NCBI GenBank assembly: GCA_035623825.1
Contig: DASPSR010000007.1
Location: 192,001-256,000, forward strand
DNA from: Nitrospirota bacterium
Lineage (GTDB): Bacteria > Nitrospirota > UBA9217
Reading direction: 5' to 3'
Length of the DNA stretch: 64,000 nucleotides
Positions 18,167 through 26,377 of the stretch are shown here, piece after piece; position 1 is the first letter of the stretch, and every line of letters begins with the position of its first letter. Made by a program: the position numbers and the translations under genes. The notes under the pieces are model-generated. The model ran no database searches, was not told the DNA's origin, and worked only from the letters and a program-made list of their open reading frames with translations.

Positions 18167-19171
18167 TTACAGAGGCATGCTGGCACGCGGATTCAGGTCA
18201 AGGCCCGATTTCTCACCACGCTGATAGTGGAGATATCCCGCGAGCGCGATCATTGCGGCGTTGTCGATGCAGAGGTCCATTCTGGGAAGAAACTGCGCCA
18301 GGCCGTATTTGTCCGATTGTTCCTTCATGCGGGTCCTGAGCGAATTGTTCGCAGCTACCCCTCCCGCCACGACAATCTTATCCACCCCGCTTTCTCTGGC
18401 TGCCTGGAATGTCTTCTGCGTCAGGATGTCAACCACTGTCTTCTGAAAACTTGCGGCAATATCCTTGATATTTAATATCGGATCGATGCCTTGGTCTTTG
18501 CTCGTGAAGAGAGCTATATGATTTCTAACAGCGGTCTTGAGACCGCTGAAGCTGAAATCGAATCCTTCACAATGGCCGCGCGGAAATTTAACAGCATCGG
18601 GATTCCCTTCCTGTGCGAGGCGGTCGATCACCGGGCCTCCGGGATATTCCAGTCCGAGCAGCTTCGCCACCTTGTCGTAGGCCTCGCCTGCGGCATCATC
18701 CCTCGTCTGACCCAGAAGGCGGTAGTTTCCGAGATTTTTGACTTGATAGAGCGCGGTGTGCCCGCCGGAGACGAGCAACGCGATGTAGGGATAGCCGATT
18801 TCGGGATATTCGATGTGAGCGGCGAGAATGTGCCCCTCGCCGTGATGCACGCCGATGAGGGGGATGTTTAAAGCATAAGCGATGGCCTTTGCCGCTGAGA
18901 CACCGACAAGCAGCGAACCGATAAGGCCGGGCGCATACGTGACAGCAACAAGTCCGATGTCACTGAGCGATACCGATGCGTTTGTCATCGCTTCGCGGAC
19001 AATCAACATGATGTTCTTCAGGTGTTCCCGGGACGCAAGCTCTGGCACCACGCCGCCATATTTTTTATGGATATCGATTTGCGAGGATACGATGCTCGAC
19101 AGGACCTTGTCGTCGCGGAGGACAGCGGCCGCAGTTTCATCGCATGACGTTTCTATCCCGAGGGTGAGCAT
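18167..19171 (-). CDS. tsaD: tRNA N6-threonylcarbamoyladenosine transferase TsaD
   Basis: LGIETSCDET, GGVVPELASREH, HHGEGH, VSGGHT, DDAAGEAYDK, FSFSGLKT, GGVAAN, DNAAMIA. Confidence 0.97.
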   Translation of the reverse strand: MLTLGIETSCDETAAAVLRDDKVLSSIVSSQIDIHKKYGGVVPELASREHLKNIMLIVREAMTNASVSLSDIGLVAVTYAPGLIGSLLVGVSAAKAIAYALNIPLIGVHHGEGHILAAHIEYPEIGYPYIALLVSGGHTALYQVKNLGNYRLLGQTRDDAAGEAYDKVAKLLGLEYPGGPVIDRLAQEGNPDAVKFPRGHCEGFDFSFSGLKTAVRNHIALFTSKDQGIDPILNIKDIAASFQKTVVDILTQKTFQAARESGVDKIVVAGGVAANNSLRTRMKEQSDKYGLAQFLPRMDLCIDNAAMIALAGYLHYQRGEKSGLDLNPRASMPL

Positions 19172-19277
19172 GATTGAGAGGTGTAAATCGTCTATAACGC
19201 AAAGGGGTCAGGTGCAGTGGCCGAGAACCGCGGAAACCTGCATATCGTAACCATGCGCGCTGATTCCGAACGTTTTT

Positions 19278-20240
19278 TTACTGTATAAGCCGTGAAACGG
19301 GGACGATCGTAATCCCCAGTTTGTCCGCTTCGGCGATCCACGAGCGGAGCGCATTGATCGTAGCCGGATGGGGGTGGCCGATCCCGACGGCCCAGCCGTG
19401 TGCTTTCGCGATGCGTGTAAGTTCATCGAGCTGCTTGCGGATATACTCCTCGTTATCGCTTTCGTTATCGAGAAACACATCTCGTTTCGCGGCTTTCACG
19501 CCGAATTCCTTCGCTGTGGCATAGGCAACGCTCTTTGGGCTCGTGAGGCTGTCGAGGAAGAGAAGGTCCCGTGATTTGAGTTCGGCCATCAGGAACTTCA
19601 TTGCCTCTTTATTCTCGGTGAGGGACGATCCCTCGTGGTTGTTGACGCCCACTGCGCCAGGAACTGACGCCACGTCATCACTGATAGTGTTCAGAAAGTC
19701 CATGGGCGTCATATCGGAGCGCAGCATGCCGGGTGCCGGTTTTCCGTTCCTGCCCCGGTACTCCATTGGCAGATGCAGCAGCACCTCGCGGTTGTTTTGC
19801 TCTGCAAGTTCCGCAACCTTCCGAGACTGGGGCAAGCCGGGCATAACAGCGAAAGTGACCTTAGCGGGGAGTGACAGAATCTCTCGTGCCGGCTTTACAT
19901 CCTGACCCAGATCGTCGATGACTATGGCGACGAGCGCAGGCTTTTCAGACGGCTTGACAACGGCAACCTCGTCGCGCTGCGTCGCCTCCCTCTGTTCTCC
20001 CTTTTCTGGCTGCTTTTTCTTTTCCGGTTTTTCCGCCGTTAATTGTTTTTTGGGCGCAGGCGCCAGCTTCTTTACCTGCTGAGCGGGTTTCCCTTCCTCG
20101 CTGGTCCGGGACCTGCGCAGAGGTCCCCAGAGCGAGAGCGCGATTACGACCAGGGTCAGGATAATGCCGATCGCAATCCACCGATCATATTTACTGCCCT
20201 TGCCCTTCGATCTTCCTTTTGCCGGGGATTTCTTTGCCAT
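19278..20240 (-). CDS. Divergent polysaccharide deacetylase (YibQ family), membrane-anchored
   Basis: N-terminal TM helix, Lys/Glu linker, AIVIDDLG, LLHLPME, GVNNHEGS, FLDSLT, RDVFLDN, IGHPHP. Confidence 0.9.
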   Translation of the reverse strand: MAKKSPAKGRSKGKGSKYDRWIAIGIILTLVVIALSLWGPLRRSRTSEEGKPAQQVKKLAPAPKKQLTAEKPEKKKQPEKGEQREATQRDEVAVVKPSEKPALVAIVIDDLGQDVKPAREILSLPAKVTFAVMPGLPQSRKVAELAEQNNREVLLHLPMEYRGRNGKPAPGMLRSDMTPMDFLNTISDDVASVPGAVGVNNHEGSSLTENKEAMKFLMAELKSRDLLFLDSLTSPKSVAYATAKEFGVKAAKRDVFLDNESDNEEYIRKQLDELTRIAKAHGWAVGIGHPHPATINALRSWIAEADKLGITIVPVSRLIQ

Positions 20241-20340
20241 TGCAAGCCATTTATACAATATTATGATAAAAAAAACCAGAGGTTTTTGCGGTATGGGCGG
20301 GATAAAGCCTTCCGCTTGTCAGTATAGCCTGTTTTTTGCC

Positions 20341-20369
20341 TTGACTTAGAAGGTGACGGATTTTATACT
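20341..20369 (+). promoter_or_regulatory. sigma70 promoter of the DAHP synthase gene
   Basis: TTGACT-N17-TATACT; GGAGG RBS downstream. Confidence 0.7.
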
Positions 20370-20428
20370 GCATGCCAGTCGTGCGATAGGGGAAGCGGCA
20401 CATGAACTAGGAGGTCCATAAAAAATCC

Positions 20429-21457
20429 ATGAGCTTCAAGTACATCCGGGAAATTCCTAAGCCGAATGAAATCCTCTCGGCCATGCCTTTTCACCGGGAC
20501 CTAACGGCTATCAAGAAGAGGCGCGATCAGGAGATCAAGGCCGTATTCACTGGCGAGAGCGGCAAGTTTGTGCTCATCATCGGGCCCTGCTCGGCACACG
20601 ATGAAGAAGCTGTCTGCGATTATATCTCGCGGTTGGCAAAGGTCCAGGCTGAGGTGAAAGACACGATTGTCATCATTCCCCGGATCTATACCAATAAGCC
20701 CCGCACGACAGGCATCGGATATAAGGGGATGGCCCACCAACCGAACCCGCAGGAAGAGCCGAATATCGTCGAAGGCATCAAGGCCATCAGGAAGATGCAC
20801 CTCCGTGCTTTAGGAGAATCGCATCTTCCGGCAGCCGACGAGATGCTCTATCCCGGAAATTATCCTTACCTCGAGGACGTCCTGAGCTATGTGGCCGTCG
20901 GAGCCCGTTCCGTGGAAAACCAGGCGCATCGTCTGACGTGCAGCGGCCTGGACGTTCCTGTGGGTATGAAAAATCCCACCTCAGGCGACATGGAAGTGAC
21001 ACTGAATTCGATTCAGGCGGCCCAGGCACCTCATATCTTCAGCTACAACAGGTGGGAGGTGAAAACAACCGGTAATCCCCTTACCCATGCAGTGCTGCGG
21101 GGCGCTGTTGATCCGCATGGCGTGACCGTTCCCAACTATCATTACGAGGACCTCATGCGGTTTGCAGAAGCATACAGAAAGCGGGGATTCAACAATCCAG
21201 CCATCATTGTAGATACGAACCACTCCAATTCGAACAAAAAATTCGCCGAACAACCTCGGATCGCCATGGAGGTCATGCAGAGCCGTAAACATTCGCGGCT
21301 GCTCACAGAAATGATCAAAGGGTTCATGATCGAGAGCTTCATCGAGGAGGGCAGCCAGAAGGTGACGGAGAACGTCTATGGCAAGTCCATCACCGATCCC
21401 TGTCTGGGATGGAAGGACTCAGAGAAACTGATTCGCGACTTGGCAGGGATGGTGTAG
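20429..21457 (+). CDS. aroG: 3-deoxy-7-phosphoheptulonate (DAHP) synthase, class I
   Basis: IIGPCSAH, KPRTT, GARSVENQ.HR, PVGMKNPTSG, DTNHSNS.K, YGKSITDPCLGW; the isoenzyme (aroF/G/H) cannot be resolved. Confidence 0.9.
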   Translation: MSFKYIREIPKPNEILSAMPFHRDLTAIKKRRDQEIKAVFTGESGKFVLIIGPCSAHDEEAVCDYISRLAKVQAEVKDTIVIIPRIYTNKPRTTGIGYKGMAHQPNPQEEPNIVEGIKAIRKMHLRALGESHLPAADEMLYPGNYPYLEDVLSYVAVGARSVENQAHRLTCSGLDVPVGMKNPTSGDMEVTLNSIQAAQAPHIFSYNRWEVKTTGNPLTHAVLRGAVDPHGVTVPNYHYEDLMRFAEAYRKRGFNNPAIIVDTNHSNSNKKFAEQPRIAMEVMQSRKHSRLLTEMIKGFMIESFIEEGSQKVTENVYGKSITDPCLGWKDSEKLIRDLAGMV

Positions 21458-21571
21458 GAAACTGCCTTTACCGCCGAAACAACAGGATATCGGGAAAACA
21501 CAGCCGTGATTAGTCCTGAATATTTGGTTTACTTCGTGACCACGTGCTACCGTGGTGCGGCTTAATTAAGT

Positions 21572-22204
21572 ATGGACCTCTTCGAAGCTATTCTGGGAAG
21601 AAAAAGCATACGACGGTTCGAGCAGACGCCGGTTCCCGACGAAGACATCAAAAGGATTCTCGATGCAGGAAGTCTTGCGCCCTCGGCGAACAACACCCAG
21701 CCTTGGAGGTTCATCGTTGTGAAGAACCGGACCGTGTTAAAACAAATGGCCGAAGCAGTGCGCCAAATGGTCGACCGGATGATCCCCTATGCTGATAACG
21801 AGCAGCAGGCCCAGCGGCTCGCGGCGTACAAGAATACCTATTACACCTTCTTCGAGAACGCCCCCGTGGTGATTACCGTGCTCATGGAGGGTTACGATGC
21901 CGGAACGGACCGGCTGCTCGCGAAGATGGGCTATTCTCCGGAAGACATCAGGAGACTCCGGCCCCTCCCCGGGCTCCAGAGCGTCGCGGCTGCCATCGAG
22001 AACATGCTTCTTGCCATCCACGCGCTTGGTTACGGTTCGTGCTGGATGACGGGGCCGATTGTGGCGCAGGAGGCATTTGAACGGCTTTTGGGGTTCGGCA
22101 AAGAGAAGTCGATTGTAGCACTCCTGCCGGTAGGCAGGCCCAGCGAGAACCCATCGGCGAGGCCAAGGAGGCCGCTGGAAGACAACATGCGCACAATAGG
22201 GTAG
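21572..22204 (+). CDS. Nitroreductase family protein
   Basis: RKSIRRF, APSANNTQPWRFIVV, AIENMLLAIHALGYGSCW. Confidence 0.9.
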   Translation: MDLFEAILGRKSIRRFEQTPVPDEDIKRILDAGSLAPSANNTQPWRFIVVKNRTVLKQMAEAVRQMVDRMIPYADNEQQAQRLAAYKNTYYTFFENAPVVITVLMEGYDAGTDRLLAKMGYSPEDIRRLRPLPGLQSVAAAIENMLLAIHALGYGSCWMTGPIVAQEAFERLLGFGKEKSIVALLPVGRPSENPSARPRRPLEDNMRTIG

Positions 22205-22355
22205 TTGATTCGTCATTTTTGATTCATCCGTTCTCAAACCCAGTCTTTGATTGACAAATCCCCTTGTTATTTCTTTGTTTTTTTCATGTGATGGGCTGAC
22301 GGCCTTTTGCCGCGGACCGCGTCGCATTTATCTTTTGTCCGGTTTCTTTTGCCCC

Positions 22356-22384
22356 TTGACCCTTCGCCCCGATTATAGTATCTT
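22356..22384 (+). promoter_or_regulatory. Putative sigma70 promoter ahead of a ~200-nt structured leader
   Basis: TTGACC-N17-TATCTT. Confidence 0.45.
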
Positions 22385-22588
22385 AATTCTTATCGGGGTT
22401 CTGCGAAAATGTTTTCGATTCGGAGCAGGATGCCCGAGGACATCAACCAGTTTGAACGAGGCTGACGCTCAGTAGAGAAGAAACGGCTTACAACGAGTCG
22501 GCTCTTCAATCTTATGAAGAGGGCGACATGATAAAATGTATCACGAAGGCGGGTCAGGGGGACTAGATATTCTAGCAGAGGTGAGCGA

Positions 22589-22789
22589 ATGATCACGGTC
22601 AAAGAACTAGCAAAAGCTGTAACCGGCTTGTCACCGGAACAACTCGCTGAATTCCGGGCGTGGTTTAAGTCATTCGAGACAGCGCGCTGGGACAGGAAGA
22701 TCGATGAGGATGTGACGTCGGGGAGGCTCGGCCGGATCCTGGAAAAAGCGTTTGGAGATTATCGTAAAGGGAAGGAAAAACCGCAATAA
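22589..22789 (+). CDS. Small hypothetical protein resembling a putative type II antitoxin
   Basis: MxTVxEL..AV..LSPEQLAEFRAWF..F...RWDR.I..D...GRL......A..DYR.G pattern, which I recall from small ORFs preceding RelE/ParE-like toxins; GAGGTG RBS. Confidence 0.65.
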   Translation: MITVKELAKAVTGLSPEQLAEFRAWFKSFETARWDRKIDEDVTSGRLGRILEKAFGDYRKGKEKPQ

Positions 22790-23336
22790 GGGCCTTACTG
22801 GCCAGTTCTCCCGGGGAGGCCATAAAAACCTTTCCAGAAAGATGTCAGGGTGCTTGCTCACGAAGTTTCGCCCCCTAGAGCGTAGCCCACTTCTCCGCCG
22901 CCGGCCTATCGCTGCTTTTCATCATTGCTATTGGCCGACGCCCCTGTTTTTAAAATCTGGTTTTTCGCCAGTTTGTCGTCTGAACGCCGATAGGTGGTGC
23001 GAACACCGGGTTCTAGGCATTGGCGGACTAGTATCATCCTCTGTAGCGACAGTTTCCTACCTATTGAGGTGAGCATCGATTTTCCGGTCATCAACGGAAT
23101 ATATCGGTCTCGACTTACCTGCGGGGAATCCCCTCCCTCCTCTCTCTAAGGTCCTGTTTGCAATAGCGTTTTTCCTATTTTTGAAGACCGGTAGCTTTTC
23201 CTGAATGTATACCGCGGCCTCCTTCGCTCACAGCTCCAGTTGCCAAGAGCTTCCGAGTCGTGTTATGCTCTACAACCTGAAGTCCGAGATTCCCGGGTCA
23301 GGCCACTAAAGTACTGAGAGCCGCTGCTGCTCCCGT

Positions 23337-23597
23337 TTGCGGATGCTGCACACCCGGATTATGAAGAAGATTGTGGATTTATGTATCCGGGGTACCGGTC
23401 CCGCTGACTATAATCAGAAACTTTCGGAAAGACGCGCTGCCACGGTAGCCCTGTATCTTCATAACAGGGGTGTGGCCAAGGAGCGGCTGGCGGCCATCCG
23501 TTCTGGTGAGAAAAAACCCGTCGCAAGCAATAATACTGCGGAAGGCCGGGCAAGGAACCGCCGCGTCGAGATCACGCTGGACCCCATCACCAGCTGA
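23337..23597 (+). pseudogene. Remnant of an OmpA-family peptidoglycan-binding domain
   Basis: G.ADYNQKLSERRAATVALYL...GEKKPVASNNTAEGRARNRRVEI is the second half of OmpA_C; the GHTD motif, first half and signal peptide are missing. Confidence 0.7.
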
Positions 23598-23626
23598 GCC
23601 GTCAAGGCGAGCAGGTGGAACGGTAC

Positions 23627-24076
23627 TTACCGAACCGCCACCTCCACGAAATCCTTCTTTCTGCCGTCCCAGAGGTATCCCTTGATATCGTGGATGACGC
23701 CCTGTTGCACCGACACCACGATATGCACGGCGTCGGGGAACTCGGGCTCGCCGAAGACAGTCTGGACATCCTTGTCCATCGCGGAGAAATAGGCCCCGCA
23801 GTCTATGTGAGAATGATAGAAGGCGAGAATCGATTCGTTTCTATTTGTTGCCTCGCGAATGATCCGTTCGACCTCGTTGCGGTCCACGGCATAGGCCTCG
23901 CGGCTTGTGCGAGGGTGAGCCCCCGGGTCTTCGGAATGCAGCCTATCCTGAATGTTCACCAGGGTATGGACTCGCAGAACGATGTTCGCGCCGGTCACGA
24001 TACCGCAGCACTCGGAAGGATATTCGGCGATGGTATGCTTCATGATGGATTCGATGGCTTCCGGAGTAAGCTGCAT
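23627..24076 (-). CDS. Mov34/MPN/JAB (JAMM) metallopeptidase, M67 family (Mec-like)
   Basis: YPSECCG (Glu) and FYHSHIDCGAYFSAMD (HxH-x10-D) JAMM motif. Confidence 0.88.
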   Translation of the reverse strand: MQLTPEAIESIMKHTIAEYPSECCGIVTGANIVLRVHTLVNIQDRLHSEDPGAHPRTSREAYAVDRNEVERIIREATNRNESILAFYHSHIDCGAYFSAMDKDVQTVFGEPEFPDAVHIVVSVQQGVIHDIKGYLWDGRKKDFVEVAVR

Positions 24077-24280
24077 CAGTTAAGACCTCCCGCTTATTCA
24101 AACGCGTCATAGACTGTATGCCCTGACGTGGCTGGAGATGAATAATAGTTCTCTTCGATTCAGCAAAAAGGCGGATGAAAGTGTCCATCCGCCCGTATAA
24201 ATTCTAGTCACCGCCGTTCGTGCAGGTCCGCGGCTCGTTATTGTCGGATTGTCCGCGATTGTCCCGGCTTTGCGCAGGGG

Positions 24281-25531
24281 TCATACGGCCTCTTCCGCCA
24301 GATTTACTCCCGCTTCGTCTGACACTTCCGTTCCTTTTGCAATCACCACAATGCCCGAGGGTGTCACATGGTATCGCTTCTTGTCTTCCTCGTGGTCATA
24401 CCCGATCTCGCTTCTCGCAGGAATCGTTACGTCCTTGTCAATGATGGCCTTCCGAATGCGGCAGTGTCTGCCGATGTCCACGTTTTCCATGAGGATTGAA
24501 TCGCGCACTTCGCTGTAGCTGTTGACACGCACGTTCGGCGACAGCACCGAGTTTTGCACACGGCCGCCGCTCACGATGCATCCATGCGCGACGATCGAGT
24601 CCAGGGCGATGCCGAGTCTCCCGCCCTTCTTCTCTTGGGCGAACACGAACTTGGCCGGCGGATTCTGCGCTTGGTATGTGCGGATGGGCCAGGCATTGTC
24701 ATAAAGGTTGAGTTGCGGATCTACGCTCACCAGGTCCATATTGGCTTCCCAGTAAGCGTCGATGGTCCCGACATCACGCCAGTATTTCGCCTCCTTCTTG
24801 TTCTCATCTTTGAAATTATACGCACAGACGCGGTCGGTCTTGAACATCTGAGGGATGATGTTCTTGCCGAAGTCGTGCGCAGTGTCCTGCAGCGCGTCGA
24901 ATTCCAGATGTTCAATAGCCTTCTTGGTGTTGAACAGGTAGATGCCCATGGATGCGAACGCCACGTCGGGTCGTCCAGGTATGTGTTTGGGGTCCTTGGG
25001 TTTCTCTTCGAATCCGATGATGCGGCAGTCTTCATCCACCTCGATGACTCCGAATGATGATGCCATTGTTCGCGGCATTTCGATCGCGGCGACGGTGGCG
25101 TCTGCCTGCTTCTCCCTGTGAAACCTGAACATCTCAGCGTAGTCCATTTTGTAAATGTGGTCTCCAGCCAGGACGAGCAGGTGGTCTGGGGCATCCTTCT
25201 CGATCATGTAGATATTCTGGTAGATGGCATCGGCGGTTCCCTGATACCAACGGTCCCCGACCCGCTGTTGGGGAGGTACTGATATGATGTATTCGTTCAG
25301 TTCGCCGGAGAAGAAGTTCCAAGCGAGTCGCAGGTGTTTGTCGAGAGACAGAGATTTATACTGCGGGAGCACGGCGATCTTACGGATTCCCGAGTTGATG
25401 CAGTTCGAAAGTGTAAAATCAATGATCCGGTAGATACCGCCAAAGGGTACAGCGGGCTTCGCGCGATGGATAGTGAGAGGATGAAGCCGCTCTCCCTTGC
25501 CACCGGCGAGTATCATTGCGAGGATACTCAT
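24281..25531 (-). CDS. glgC: Glucose-1-phosphate adenylyltransferase
   Basis: ILAGGKGERL.PLT..RAKPAVPFGG.YRIIDF.LSN, WYQGTADA, GDHIYKMDY, ASMGIY, DFGKNIIP, YWRDVGT; GGAGA RBS. Confidence 0.97.
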   Translation of the reverse strand: MSILAMILAGGKGERLHPLTIHRAKPAVPFGGIYRIIDFTLSNCINSGIRKIAVLPQYKSLSLDKHLRLAWNFFSGELNEYIISVPPQQRVGDRWYQGTADAIYQNIYMIEKDAPDHLLVLAGDHIYKMDYAEMFRFHREKQADATVAAIEMPRTMASSFGVIEVDEDCRIIGFEEKPKDPKHIPGRPDVAFASMGIYLFNTKKAIEHLEFDALQDTAHDFGKNIIPQMFKTDRVCAYNFKDENKKEAKYWRDVGTIDAYWEANMDLVSVDPQLNLYDNAWPIRTYQAQNPPAKFVFAQEKKGGRLGIALDSIVAHGCIVSGGRVQNSVLSPNVRVNSYSEVRDSILMENVDIGRHCRIRKAIIDKDVTIPARSEIGYDHEEDKKRYHVTPSGIVVIAKGTEVSDEAGVNLAEEAV

Positions 25532-25560
25532 GACTTCTCCTTGGTGTATTGCCTGTAAAG

Positions 25561-25589
25561 ATGATAGCAAGAGGATTGATGACTGTCAA
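25561..25589 (-). promoter_or_regulatory. sigma70 promoter of glgC (extended -10)
   Basis: Minus strand reads TTGACA-N17-TATCAT with TGn immediately before the -10. Confidence 0.7.
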
Positions 25590-25870
25590 ACACGGGCTCG
25601 GCGTTGTATCCGACTTCGAATATCCTTCCCAGTTCACTGCCTAAGGATAGAGAAATATAATTTTCTTATGAAATTTATTAATGTTATTTTCGCTTGATTT
25701 TTTACCGTTCGGTTGCTAATATGCACCCTCCACGAAAGAAAGTCAAATTTGAGTATATTTTGATCTTGCCAAGTCAGGTTACAAAAAGTAACATAGCCTG
25801 CGGTGTGGCAATATCCCGGAAAAATTACTATAATCCGAAGTTATGGCTTGTCCGCATATAATGACTGAGG

Positions 25871-26377
25871 ATGGGGGAGGTTGTGACCGTGCTCCAGCAA
25901 GACGATCTTAAAAAAGTTGATGCTGTCCTCGAGGACACCGCAGGCCAGCGTGGTGTTCTCATCTCAGTGCTCCAAAGGGTCCAGGAGAAGGTAGGTTATC
26001 TGCCCGAGGAGGCGATGAAGATGATCGCGGAAAGGATGTCACTTTCCCTGACGAACGTCTACGGCGTAGCTTCATTCTACAAGCATTTCCACTTTAAGCC
26101 CCGGGGCAGGAACATCGTTAAGGTCTGTATGGGTACCGCATGCCACGTGCGGGGAGCCAAGGCGGTGCTAACCGAGATGGAGAACAAACTCGGGATCAAA
26201 GAGGGCGATACCACGAAAGACCTTTCGGTCACGCTCGAGACTGTCGGGTGTGTAGGGTGCTGCGCCCTTGCGCCCGTTGCCACGATCAACGATCAAGACC
26301 TTTACGGAGAATTGACTCCAAAAATGGTTGATGACATCATCGGTACAGTGAGGAGTGAACATGGAACTCACGTATAA
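25871..26377 (+). CDS. NuoE/HydC-like [2Fe-2S] subunit
   Basis: LISVLQRVQEKVGYLP, VYGVASFY..F, VCMGTACHVRG, VGCVGCCALAP; true start may be GTG 25889. Confidence 0.92.
   Translation: MGEVVTVLQQDDLKKVDAVLEDTAGQRGVLISVLQRVQEKVGYLPEEAMKMIAERMSLSLTNVYGVASFYKHFHFKPRGRNIVKVCMGTACHVRGAKAVLTEMENKLGIKEGDTTKDLSVTLETVGCVGCCALAPVATINDQDLYGELTPKMVDDIIGTVRSEHGTHV

Noticed and set aside
22391-22580. 6S RNA or a known riboswitch
   Set aside because: The 5' and 3' ends do not form the long closing stem of 6S RNA and I recognise no riboswitch core; kept only as an unknown structured RNA candidate.
23337-23597. The missing pal gene
   Set aside because: No lipoprotein signal, truncated, and 27 kb from the tol operon; its PVASN.TAEGRARNRRVEI ending is generic OmpA-type.
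25666-25683. Rex operator upstream of the CODH module (TTATGAAATTTATTAATG)
   Set aside because: Only the left half-site resembles TTGTGAA; the right half matches poorly in an AT-rich background.
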